From the NCBI GenBank assembly GCA_016868015.1, contig VGIF01000003.1:1-55508 (forward strand): a stretch of DNA of 55,508 nucleotides, given 5' to 3'. Source of the DNA: Betaproteobacteria bacterium. Its GTDB lineage: Bacteria > Pseudomonadota > Gammaproteobacteria > Burkholderiales > SG8-41. Below the pieces are notes generated by a model, which saw nothing but the letters and a program-made list of their open reading frames with translations, did not search any database and was not told the DNA's origin. This document shows, in pieces, positions 19,052-28,230 of the stretch (the first letter of the stretch is position 1; each line of letters starts with the position of its first letter). A program made the translations under genes and the position numbers.

Positions 19052-19969
19052 ATGAAACGTATCACCAGCCTGTTCCTGGCCCTGTTCGCGGGCGCGGCGT
19101 TTAGCGGTGCCGCGGTTGCGCAAGAGAGCGGCACCTTGAAAAAAATCCGCGACACCGGCGTGATCAAAATCGGCCATCGCGACGCGTCGATCCCATTTTC
19201 CTATCTCGACGAAAAGCAAAGGCCCATCGGCTACGGCGTGGACATTTGCCTGAAAATCGCCGATGCGGTACAGGCGCAGTTGAAAATGCCGAATTTGAAA
19301 GTTGAATTCGTGCCGGTGACCTCGCAAACGCGCATTCCGATTTTGACCGGCGGCAACATCGATCTGGAATGCGGTTCCACCACCAACAGCATCGAGCGCC
19401 AAAAACAGGTCGCGTTCGCGCCGACTTACTTCATGACCGGCACCAAAATCATCGTCAAGAAGAACTCGGGCATCAAAGGTTATGACGATCTCAAGGGCAA
19501 GACCGTGGTGATCACCCAGGGCACCACCAACGAGCGCGCGATGAAGGCGTACAACGACGAGAAAAAACTCGGCATCAACTTTATCCCCGCCAAGGATCAC
19601 GCCGAGTCGTTCCTGGCGGTGGAAACCGGCCGCGCGGTGGCGTTCCCGATGGACGATATTCTGCTGTTCGGCTTGCGGGCCAGCGCGCGCAACCCGGACG
19701 ACTACGTGATCCTCGGTGAATTTCTCTCCGACGATCCCTACGGCATCATGATGCGCCGGGACGACGCCGAGTTCAAAAAACTCGTCGACGACACCGTGAT
19801 CGGTCTTTACAAGAGCGGCGAAATTAACAAGATCTACACCAAGTGGTTCCAGTCGAAAATTCCGCCGCGGGGGATCAACTTGAACTTCCCGATGTCAGAC
19901 GCGCTGAAACAGGCGATCAAGAACCCCAACGATACCGGCGTGGGCGCTTGCGGCAAGATGAAGTGCTAG
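19052..19969 (+). CDS. gltI: Glutamate/aspartate ABC transporter substrate-binding protein
   Basis: GGAGGA SD; signal peptide; 'GHRDASIPFSY', 'VTSQTRIP', 'DLECGSTTN', 'KDHAESF', 'MDDILL'. Confidence 0.9.
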   Translation: MKRITSLFLALFAGAAFSGAAVAQESGTLKKIRDTGVIKIGHRDASIPFSYLDEKQRPIGYGVDICLKIADAVQAQLKMPNLKVEFVPVTSQTRIPILTGGNIDLECGSTTNSIERQKQVAFAPTYFMTGTKIIVKKNSGIKGYDDLKGKTVVITQGTTNERAMKAYNDEKKLGINFIPAKDHAESFLAVETGRAVAFPMDDILLFGLRASARNPDDYVILGEFLSDDPYGIMMRRDDAEFKKLVDDTVIGLYKSGEINKIYTKWFQSKIPPRGINLNFPMSDALKQAIKNPNDTGVGACGKMKC

Positions 19970-20010
19970 GCGCGGCCTGATTCATCCAGCGCACTAATAC
20001 CGAACGCACC

Positions 20011-20043
20011 AAAATGGGGAACCCGCGGGTTCCCCGTTTTTTT
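20011..20043 (+). terminator. Intrinsic terminator or mRNA-stabilising hairpin after gltI
   Basis: GGGGAACC-CGCG-GGTTCCCC stem followed by GTTTTTTT. Confidence 0.75.
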
Positions 20044-20072
20044 GTGCCGATTTTGGGGTAGAGTTAGACGCC

Positions 20073-20804
20073 ATGGATTTCAGCTTCCTTAACCAGCCTG
20101 CCTTTTCCGGCGGCGGGGTCTATCTCGATTGGGTGATCTCCGGCGTCAAATGGACGCTGCTGGTATCCGTCCTGGGCTGGATCATCGCCTTTAGCATGGG
20201 CTCGGTGCTGGGCGTGCTGCGCACCTCACCCGTGTGGTGGCTGCGTGCGCCCGCCACGGTTTACGTCGAGATCTTTCGCAACATTCCGCTACTGGTGCAA
20301 ATGTTCATCTGGTACTTCGTGGTACCGGAAATCGTGCCGAAGTTCATGGGCGACTGGCTCAAAACCAAAATGCCCATGCCGGAATTCTGGAACGCCGTGC
20401 TGTGCCTGGGCTTTTACACCGCCTCGCGCGTGGCCGAACAGGTGCGCTCGGGCATCCAATCGATCCCGCGCGGGCAAACCAACGCCGCGCTCGCCATGGG
20501 TTTGACGCTGCCGCAAGCCTACCGCCACGTGCTGCTGCCAATGGCCTACCGCATCATCATTCCGCCGATGACCACCGAGTTTTTGACCATCTTCAAAAAC
20601 TCCTCGGTGGCGCTCACCATCGGCGTGCTCGAACTCACCGCGCAGGCGCGGCAGATTTCGGAATACACCTTCCGCACCTTCGAAATCTTCATCATCGCCA
20701 CCATTATCTATGCGCTGATCACGCTGACGGTGACCTTCTCGATGCGCTGGCTGGAACACCGGGCCCGCGTGCCCGGGTATATCGGCGGCGCGAGCGGGAA
20801 ATAG
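20073..20804 (+). CDS. gltJ: Glutamate/aspartate ABC permease
   Basis: 'YVEIFRNIPLLVQMF.WYF', 'RVAEQVRSGIQS.PRGQ', 'KNSSVA'. Confidence 0.88.
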   Translation: MDFSFLNQPAFSGGGVYLDWVISGVKWTLLVSVLGWIIAFSMGSVLGVLRTSPVWWLRAPATVYVEIFRNIPLLVQMFIWYFVVPEIVPKFMGDWLKTKMPMPEFWNAVLCLGFYTASRVAEQVRSGIQSIPRGQTNAALAMGLTLPQAYRHVLLPMAYRIIIPPMTTEFLTIFKNSSVALTIGVLELTAQARQISEYTFRTFEIFIIATIIYALITLTVTFSMRWLEHRARVPGYIGGASGK

Positions 20805-20807
20805 CGC

Positions 20808-21500
20808 ATGTTCAGCGATTTTGACTTTGAAGTCATCGTCAGCGCGCTGCCCTTCCTGTGGGAGGGCATGATGTTTTCGCTGGGCTTGACCCTGCTCGCC
20901 ATGCTTGGCGGCATTTTTCTCGGCACCCTCCTTGCGCTGATGCGCTTGTCGCCGTTCAAAATCTTGAGCTACCCGGCGGGGGCGTACGTCAACCTGATCC
21001 GTTCGATTCCGCTGATCCTGGTGATTTTCTGGTTTTATTTTTTGATCCCGATCGCGGTCAAAAACATCAGCGGCAACCCCTACGCAGCGGGCATCGGGCC
21101 GTTTTACTCGGCACTGATCGCCTTCACCATGTTCGAAGCCGCGTATTACTGCGAAATCATCCGCGCCGGCATTCAAAGCGTGCCGCGCGGGCAAGTGCAT
21201 GCGGCTTATGCGCTGGGTTTGAATTACCGCCAAGCCACCACGCTGGTGATCCTGCCGCAGGCGTTTCGCAACATGATTCCGATCCTGCTCACCACCAGCA
21301 TCATCCTGTTTCAGGACACTTCATTGGTCTACGTGGTCGGGCTCACCGATTTCATGGGCGCGGCAAGCAAAATCGCGCGCCGCGACGGCCGGCTGGTGGA
21401 ACTGTATCTGTTTGCCGCGCTGATTTACTTCATCATATGCTTCACCGCCTCGTATTTCGTGAAGCGCTTGCAGGCACGCTACAACGTCGGCAGAAACTAA
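20808..21500 (+). CDS. gltK: Glutamate/aspartate ABC permease
   Basis: 'YVNLIRSIPL', 'FEAAYY.EIIRAGIQS', 'LFQDTSLVYV'. Confidence 0.88.
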   Translation: MFSDFDFEVIVSALPFLWEGMMFSLGLTLLAMLGGIFLGTLLALMRLSPFKILSYPAGAYVNLIRSIPLILVIFWFYFLIPIAVKNISGNPYAAGIGPFYSALIAFTMFEAAYYCEIIRAGIQSVPRGQVHAAYALGLNYRQATTLVILPQAFRNMIPILLTTSIILFQDTSLVYVVGLTDFMGAASKIARRDGRLVELYLFAALIYFIICFTASYFVKRLQARYNVGRN

Positions 21501-21570
21501 TATCGGGAAATGCACATCAGGCGCTTTCCCGCAAATACTTCCCTCTCACGCCAGGCTAATAACTACCCAG

Positions 21571-21597
21571 TTCTTTACACGAAAAATCAAGCAGTTA
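21571..21597 (+). repeat. 27-bp motif copy 7 (core only)
   Basis: TTCTTTACACGAAAAATCAAGCAGTTA; perfect WATCAANNNNTTR core, 3 bp before a REP doublet. Confidence 0.55.
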
Positions 21598-21600
21598 CGA

Positions 21601-21659
21601 GTAGGGTGCGCACCGCGTACGCGTGACGATCGCTGACGCGTGCGCGATGCGCACCCTAC
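21601..21659. repeat. GTAG-type REP doublet (REPIN-like) inside the glt operon
   Basis: GTAGGGTGCGCA...TGCGCACCCTAC perfect 12-bp terminal inverted repeat. Confidence 0.85.
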
Positions 21660-21785
21660 GCCGATCAAACTCCCGTAAGCTTTTGAAACGGCGTAAGAAA
21701 ATGTGGGCAATCATCAGCCCAACGGGGCCAAGGGTGGAAGGCAGCAACGCCTGGCGCATGCACAGATAGATGAAAGGTTCGCACG

Positions 21786-22514
21786 ATGATCGAAATGAAA
21801 AACGTCAGCAAATGGTACGGCAGCTTCCAGGTGCTGAAAAACTGCAGCACACGCGTCAAGAAGGGCGAAGTGGTGGTGGTGTGCGGCCCGTCGGGCTCCG
21901 GCAAATCGACGCTGATCAAAACCGTCAACGCGCTGGAGCCATTTCAGCAAGGCGAAATCACCGTCGAGGGCATTTCGGTGGGCGCGCCGGGCACCGATTT
22001 GCCCAAACTGCGCTCGCGCATCGGCATGGTGTTCCAGAATTTCGAGTTGTTCCCGCACATGAAGGTGGTGGATAACATCAACCTTGCGCAAATCAAGGTG
22101 CTCAACCGTTCAAGCGACGAAGCCCACGCCAAATCGATGGCGCTGTTAAAGCGCGTAGGACTCGAAGCACATGCGCAAAAACATCCTGGGCAGCTCTCCG
22201 GCGGCCAGCAACAGCGCGTGGCGATCGCGCGCGGCCTGGCCATGGACCCGATCGCCATGCTGTTTGACGAACCGACTTCCGCGCTCGATCCGGAAATGAT
22301 CAACGAAGTGCTCGACGTGATGACCGAGCTTGCCCGCGAAGGCATGACCATGATGGTGGTGACGCACGAAATGGGCTTCGCCAGCCGCGTCGCGCACCGC
22401 GTGATCTTCATGGATCAAGGCGAAATCGTCGAAGACGCCAACAAAGGAGACTTCTTCGGCAAGCCGCGCGCGGAGCGCGCGCAGCAGTTTTTATCGAAAA
22501 TCCTGCACCACTGA
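21786..22514 (+). CDS. gltL: Polar amino acid ABC ATPase
   Basis: Walker A 'GPSGSGKST', '[13 protein letters not shown]', '[10 protein letters not shown]'. Confidence 0.92.
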   Translation: MIEMKNVSKWYGSFQVLKNCSTRVKKGEVVVVCGPSGSGKSTLIKTVNALEPFQQGEITVEGISVGAPGTDLPKLRSRIGMVFQNFELFPHMKVVDNINLAQIKVLNRSSDEAHAKSMALLKRVGLEAHAQKHPGQLSGGQQQRVAIARGLAMDPIAMLFDEPTSALDPEMINEVLDVMTELAREGMTMMVVTHEMGFASRVAHRVIFMDQGEIVEDANKGDFFGKPRAERAQQFLSKILHH

Positions 22515-22582
22515 CCGGGCGCGCCGGGGTTCGGCAAGCACGGCCCGGCCCGCGCGGCGCCCGCGCACACATCTGGCACGCA

Positions 22583-23587
22583 TTACCTTGCGGTGGCCAG
22601 TCCTGCGGCCTTGATCACGCCGACCCATCGCTTCGACTCTTCACGAATGAAGTTGCCCAGTTCCGCCGAGCTGCTGGATTGCGGCTCCTGGCCCTGCTCG
22701 AGAATGCGCTTGGAGAACGCCGGTTCGTTCAACATTTTCACCATGTCGCCGTTGATCTTGGCGAGTACCGCCGGCGGCATGCCGCCCGGCGCCATCAGCG
22801 CATACCAGGTGGCGCACTGAAAACCGGGTAACGATTCCGCCACCGTCGGCACGTCGGGCGCCGCGGACGAACGTTGGGTGCCGCCAAACGCCAGCGCGCG
22901 CAGCTTGCCGGCCTTGGCGAGCGGCCAAACCGCGGGCATGCTGTTGAATAAAAACTGCACCTGGCCGCCGACCAGATCAGTGATCGCGGCCGAGGCGCCC
23001 TTGTACGGCACGTGCAAAAAATCCACCTTGCCCATCACCTTGAGCATTTCGCATCCGAGATGATTGGAGGTGCCAGCGCCGGGTGAGCCGCAATTCAATT
23101 TGCCGGGCTGGGCGCGGGCGAGCGCCAACAGCTCGTTGACGTTCTTTGCCGCCACCGAGGGGTGGCTCACCAGCATTTGCGGGCTCACCACCACCAGCGA
23201 CACCGGCGTCAAGTCGCGCAGGGTGTCGTACGGCACCTTGTTCATCAGCGGCACGATGACCAGCGCGGCGGACGTGCCCATCATCAGGGTGTAACCGTCA
23301 GGGGTGGCGCGCGCCGTGAGTTCGGTGCCGATGACGCCGCTCGCCCCGGCGCGGTTGTCGACCACCACTTGCTGCCCCCACATTTCAGTGAAGCGATGCG
23401 CGACCATGCGCGCCACCACGTCGGTTGCGCTGCCCGCCAGATTCGGCACCACCATGCGCACCGGGCGCTGCGGGAAACTCCCTGCGGTTTGCGCCTGCGC
23501 TGCGCTCGCAAAAAACACACCCGCCGCGGCCGCAATCAGCGCCGCGCGCCCCGTTTGCCTGCCCGTGTACCCAAGAACGTTACGCAT
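22583..23587 (-). CDS. Bug/TctC tripartite tricarboxylate transporter receptor
   Basis: 'FPQRPVRMVVP', 'NRAGASG', 'PDGYTL', 'HVPYKG'; GGGAGG SD before ATG 23587. Confidence 0.92.
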   Translation of the reverse strand: MRNVLGYTGRQTGRAALIAAAAGVFFASAAQAQTAGSFPQRPVRMVVPNLAGSATDVVARMVAHRFTEMWGQQVVVDNRAGASGVIGTELTARATPDGYTLMMGTSAALVIVPLMNKVPYDTLRDLTPVSLVVVSPQMLVSHPSVAAKNVNELLALARAQPGKLNCGSPGAGTSNHLGCEMLKVMGKVDFLHVPYKGASAAITDLVGGQVQFLFNSMPAVWPLAKAGKLRALAFGGTQRSSAAPDVPTVAESLPGFQCATWYALMAPGGMPPAVLAKINGDMVKMLNEPAFSKRILEQGQEPQSSSSAELGNFIREESKRWVGVIKAAGLATAR

Positions 23588-23720
23588 ATCGTCCCAGCCT
23601 CCCCGATTTGTCGTGTTGATCCATCCTGTTGGTGGTGGCGGCGCGTGCGCCGCGCAAATGCCTGGCGCATCGTAGCACGCTCGCGACGCGCCAGGCGCAA
23701 TCCCCGCCGCGGGCAGCCGG

Positions 23721-25181
23721 CTACGATCGCGGTGACGCGCCGGCACGGGTCAGCAGCGTGCCCGGACGCGCGCCGCTGGGCTTGCCATGCGCCCACACCG
23801 GCTCGCCGTTCACCAGCACGGTGTGGATGCCCTTTGCCGGCGCGGTCGAATGCTGGAAGTCGGCGGCATCGATGATGGTATGGAGATCAAACAGCGTCAC
23901 GTCCGCGTGCGCGCCGGCTTGCAACACGCCGCGTCCCGCCAGACCAAACTTGCGCGCCGGCAAACCGGTCATTTTGTAGACCGCGGTTTCCAGCGAAAAA
24001 AGCTTTAAATCGCGCGCATAGTGGCCGAGCACGCGCGGGAACGTGCCCCACAGCCTCGGATGCGGCACGGCGTCGTGCGGCAAGCCGTCGGAGCCGATCA
24101 TGGTTTCATCGAAGCTCAAAATACGTTGTACGTCTTGTTCGTCGAGCATGAAATAAATCGCACCCGCGGGTTTGATTTTCGCCACCGCGGCATCCTTGGA
24201 CACGCCCAACCGCCGCGCCACCTCATCAAGATCCATGCCGTTAAACTCCGGATGGGGCTTGGACCAGGTGACGATGATGCGCGTGGATTGCGCAAGCCGG
24301 TCATCCCGCAGCACGGTGCTCGATGCGATATACGGATAACAATCGAGGCACACCGGCTGCTCGCGCATTTTTTGCCCGATCAGCGCCAGCGTCTCGGTGG
24401 AGCGGCCGTGATTGCGAACGCCCACCGTTTTGTGATGCGAAATCACCACCGGCACCTCAAGCGCGCGGCCGATGGCGCAGGTTTCCTCGATGGAATCGAG
24501 CACGCCCGCGTCTTCGTTGCGCATGTGCGTGACGTAGAGGCCGTTAAATTCGGTGAGCGGACGGCACACTTCGATGATTTCCTCGGCCGGCGCGCTCGCC
24601 GCGGGTGCATACGCGGTGCCGGTGGATACGCCAATCGCGCCGCCTGCCATCGACTCGCGCGCCAGTTCACGCATCCTCGCGATCTGGGCCGATGTGGCGG
24701 GACGATCGAGTCGATCCATCACCGCCACGCGAAACGTGGTGTGCCCCACCAGACATGCCGCGTTGAGCGCCGCGGGCCTGGCCGCGAGTTCCTCGCGATA
24801 CGCCGCGAACGTCGGAAAACGAAACCAGCCGCCGTCCCCGTCGAGCAAGTCCAGCGGCGGCGTTTGCGCGGCATGCGCGGGCGCATGCGCAAGGCTGATG
24901 CCGCAGTTGCCGGCGATCACCGTGGTCACGCCCTGGCTCACCTTGGGCGTCATCGCCGGGTCGGAAAACAACAGCCGGTCGTCGTGCGTGTGCACATCGA
25001 TGAAGCCGGGCGCGGCAATGAGCCCAGTAGCATCGATCTCGCGCTCGGCGCCAGCGCCTTTGAGTTCGCCGATGGCCGCGATTTTGCCGGCGCGTACGCC
25101 GATGTCGGCCGCGAAGCGCGGCGCGCGTGTGCCATCGATGATGCTGGCATTGCGGATCAGCAGGTCGTAGTGTTGGCTCAT
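23721..25181 (-). CDS. N-acyl-D-amino-acid deacylase (D-aminoacylase)
   Basis: 'PGFIDVHTHDD', 'QGVTTV.AGNCG.S', 'THMR.E', 'SHHK', 'GSDGLPHD..PHPRLWGTFPRVLG'. Confidence 0.93.
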   Translation of the reverse strand: MSQHYDLLIRNASIIDGTRAPRFAADIGVRAGKIAAIGELKGAGAEREIDATGLIAAPGFIDVHTHDDRLLFSDPAMTPKVSQGVTTVIAGNCGISLAHAPAHAAQTPPLDLLDGDGGWFRFPTFAAYREELAARPAALNAACLVGHTTFRVAVMDRLDRPATSAQIARMRELARESMAGGAIGVSTGTAYAPAASAPAEEIIEVCRPLTEFNGLYVTHMRNEDAGVLDSIEETCAIGRALEVPVVISHHKTVGVRNHGRSTETLALIGQKMREQPVCLDCYPYIASSTVLRDDRLAQSTRIIVTWSKPHPEFNGMDLDEVARRLGVSKDAAVAKIKPAGAIYFMLDEQDVQRILSFDETMIGSDGLPHDAVPHPRLWGTFPRVLGHYARDLKLFSLETAVYKMTGLPARKFGLAGRGVLQAGAHADVTLFDLHTIIDAADFQHSTAPAKGIHTVLVNGEPVWAHGKPSGARPGTLLTRAGASPRS

Positions 25182-25301
25182 CTTGTGGGGTGGTGCGGGT
25201 CGCGGCTTAACCGTCCTGGCAAACAGCGCTTGTCACACCGGCGCGCCGTTGCCGTTGCAGGGGCACACCGGAGGTTAATCGGTGTTCGCGCTGGATGATC
25301 A

Positions 25302-25328
25302 TAAGTATTTGATTTTATTTAATATTTT
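25302..25328 (-). repeat. 27-bp motif copy 8, overlapping the argE stop
   Basis: AAAATATTAAATAAAATCAAATACTTA. Confidence 0.9.
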
Positions 25329-26499
25329 ATTTTTCACAGCAGCGCGCCATGAGCCCGCGCAAAAACGCTTCGCTGGCCGCGATTTGTTCCAGCGCTACAA
25401 ACTCATTAGGTTTGTGCGCCTGCTCGATCGAGCCCGGCCCGCAGATCACCGTGGGTATGCCGGCGCGCTGAAATTGCGAGCCCTCGGTGCCGTAGGACAC
25501 CTTGCCGATATCGTGATGGCCCGACAGCGCCTGCGCCAGCGCCACCACCTCGGTCTCCGCGCGGTTATCGAGCGCGGGTATCTCGGACATCAGCCTGATG
25601 TCAAAGCCCGCGTCCTTGTACACCGCGCGCATTTCCGGTTCCAGCGTTTGCTTGACGTAGGCATTGAACTCGGCAAAGAGTTTTGCCGGATCGTCGCCCG
25701 GCAGATGGCGAAACTCGAAATCGAACGTGCACTCGTGCGGCACGATGTTCAACGCCGTGCCGCCGTGAAACACGCCGGTGTGCACCGTGGTGTGAGCCAC
25801 GTCAAAGGCGCGGTCGTACGGCCCACCGTCACGATGGCGGCGCGCGAGACGTTTCAAAAACGCCACCGCTTCGGCGGCGGCCTCCACCGCGTTGACACCG
25901 CTGGGCGCGTACGCCGAGTGCGAGGCAAGCCCCTTCACCGTAGCGCGGTAACTTTTCTTGCCCTTGTGCGCGATCACCGGATGCATCAGCGTCGGCTCGC
26001 CGACAATGCACGATTGCGGTTTGATGCCGGCGGCGGTGAGATCGTCGATCATGCGCCCCACGCCGATGCAGCCCACCTCCTCGTCGTACGAAAACGCCAT
26101 ATGCAAGGGCGTGCTCAAGCCGCGCCCGACAAACTCCGGCAGCAACGCCAGCACCACCGCGATAAACCCCTTCATGTCCGAGGTGCCGCGGCCGTAGAGC
26201 TTGCCGTCGCGCTCGATCAGCGTGAACGGGTCGGTCTCCCACGCCTGGCCCTGCACCGGCACCACGTCGGTGTGGCCGGAGAGCACGATACCGCCTTGCC
26301 GGCGCGGCCCCAGCGTGGCAAACAGATTGGCCTTGCGTTTGTCCTCGTCGAAGGTCAAGCGCACATCGGCGTCTAACGGTTTCAAATACTCGCGCACGAA
26401 TTCGATCAGCGCCAGATTCGAATCGCGGCTCACCGTCGGGAAGCTTACCAGCTTGCGGATCATCTCCACGCTGGCGGGGTAACTCGTGGGGGCATTCAT
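25327..26499 (-). CDS. argE: Acetylornithine deacetylase (M20)
   Basis: 'SGHTDVVP', 'GRGTSDMKG', 'SYDEEVGC', 'GEPT', 'GPGSIEQAHKPNE'. Confidence 0.92.
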   Translation of the reverse strand: MNAPTSYPASVEMIRKLVSFPTVSRDSNLALIEFVREYLKPLDADVRLTFDEDKRKANLFATLGPRRQGGIVLSGHTDVVPVQGQAWETDPFTLIERDGKLYGRGTSDMKGFIAVVLALLPEFVGRGLSTPLHMAFSYDEEVGCIGVGRMIDDLTAAGIKPQSCIVGEPTLMHPVIAHKGKKSYRATVKGLASHSAYAPSGVNAVEAAAEAVAFLKRLARRHRDGGPYDRAFDVAHTTVHTGVFHGGTALNIVPHECTFDFEFRHLPGDDPAKLFAEFNAYVKQTLEPEMRAVYKDAGFDIRLMSEIPALDNRAETEVVALAQALSGHHDIGKVSYGTEGSQFQRAGIPTVICGPGSIEQAHKPNEFVALEQIAASEAFLRGLMARCCEK

Positions 26500-26601
26500 G
26501 CTACGGTTCTCACTGCCAAAAAATCAGCATAGGAGTCCGCCCGCGCCCTGTCAATCCGTGGAAATTCCGGTATGCTTTACGTTCATCGCCAAGGGGAACC
26601 C

Positions 26602-28209
26602 ATGAACAAGACGATTGTCGCCGCGTTCGCCGCCGCCGCGCTGGCGCAGCTCACGCCGCTCGCGCTGATGGTCGCGGCGCCGGCCGCCCGCGCCGCCGAA
26701 ATCAGTATCGCACTGGGCGCGGATGTCACCTCGATCGACCCGCACTTTCACAATCTCACGCCCAACAATAACGTGGCGGAACATATCTTTGAAACGCTGG
26801 TCACCAAGGACGCGCGCTCGCGCTTAAGGCCCGCGCTCGCCGAATCGTGGCGCGCCATTGACGATCTCACCTGGGAGTTCCGCTTGCGCAAGGGGGTGAA
26901 GTTTCACGACGGCGCCGACTTCACCGCGCAGGATGTGGTGTTCACGCTCGAGCGCGTGCCCGCGGTGCCCAACAGCCCTTCGTCGTTCGCCACCTACAGC
27001 AAACAAATCGTCGAGAAAATCATCGTCGACCCTCACACCATACGGTTCAAAACCGCCACGCCCTACCCGCTGATGCCCACCGACATGAGCACGATTTTTA
27101 TCGTCTCCTCGCGCGCGGCCAAGGGCGCCACCGCCGCCGGCGCCAGCACCGAGGATTTCAATAGCGGCAAAGCCGCCATCGGCACCGGCCCCTTTAAATT
27201 CGTGCGCTACGCCAAGGGCGACCGGCTTGAACTCGCGCGCCACGATGCCTATTGGGGCGTGAAGCCGGCATGGGAAAAGGTGACGTTTCGCCTGATCACC
27301 GCCGACCCGACGCGGGTGGCGGCGCTGCTGGCGGGCGATGTGCGCGCGATTGAAAACGTGCCCACGTCCGACATCGCGCGCATCGCCAAATCGAAGGACT
27401 TCACGCTCTATCGCACGGTGTCGCACCGCCTGATGTACCTGCACCTGGACAGCAATCGAGACCGCTCGCCCTTCGTCACGGACAAAGCGGGCAAGCCGCT
27501 CGACAAAAACCCGTTAAAGGATGTTCGCGTGCGCCGCGCGATCAGCAAGGCGATCAACCGCCAGGCGCTGGTCGAGCGCGTGATGGAGGGCGCGGCCGTC
27601 GCCACCGGGCAATTGATGCCCGAAGGGATGTTCGGCCACACGCCCGCGCTTAAGCCCGAAGCCCATGATGTCGAAGGTGCGCGCAAGCTGCTGGCCGAGG
27701 CGGGCTACCCCGATGGCTTCGCAATCACGCTGCATGCGCCGAATAACCGCTACGTCAATGACGAACAAATAGCGCAGGCGATCGCGCAATTGCTCACGCG
27801 CGCGGGCATCGCCACCAAGGTGGACGCGATGCCGGCGAGCGTGTTTTTCTCACGCGGCAGTAAGCTCGATTTCAGCTTCCTGCTGGCGGGTTGGGGCGCC
27901 GACACCGCCGAAGCGTCCTCGCCGTTAAAAGCCCTGCTCGCCACCTTCGACACCGCCAAGGGCATGGGCACGGCCAACCGCGGCCGCTATTCCAATCCTA
28001 AAATGGACGCCGTGCTCACCCAGGCGCTCTCCACGGTGGACGACGTGAAACGCGAACGCCTGTTGCAACAAGCCACCGAAATCGCGGTCGGCGATCTGGG
28101 CATCATCCCGCTCTACCATCAGCACAATCTGTGGGCGGCGCGCAGGGGCGTCACCTATACCGCGCGCACGGATGAACGGACGTTGGCGCATGAATTTAAA
28201 TTCCAGTGA
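26602..28209 (+). CDS. ABC substrate-binding protein, family 5 (DppA/OppA-like)
   Basis: Signal peptide; 'LAESW....TWEFRLRKGVKFHDG', 'GTGPFKF', 'ARKLLAEAGYPDGF'. Confidence 0.92.
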   Translation: MNKTIVAAFAAAALAQLTPLALMVAAPAARAAEISIALGADVTSIDPHFHNLTPNNNVAEHIFETLVTKDARSRLRPALAESWRAIDDLTWEFRLRKGVKFHDGADFTAQDVVFTLERVPAVPNSPSSFATYSKQIVEKIIVDPHTIRFKTATPYPLMPTDMSTIFIVSSRAAKGATAAGASTEDFNSGKAAIGTGPFKFVRYAKGDRLELARHDAYWGVKPAWEKVTFRLITADPTRVAALLAGDVRAIENVPTSDIARIAKSKDFTLYRTVSHRLMYLHLDSNRDRSPFVTDKAGKPLDKNPLKDVRVRRAISKAINRQALVERVMEGAAVATGQLMPEGMFGHTPALKPEAHDVEGARKLLAEAGYPDGFAITLHAPNNRYVNDEQIAQAIAQLLTRAGIATKVDAMPASVFFSRGSKLDFSFLLAGWGADTAEASSPLKALLATFDTAKGMGTANRGRYSNPKMDAVLTQALSTVDDVKRERLLQQATEIAVGDLGIIPLYHQHNLWAARRGVTYTARTDERTLAHEFKFQ

Positions 28210-28230
28210 AAGCGTAAGAGGTGTAACGAC

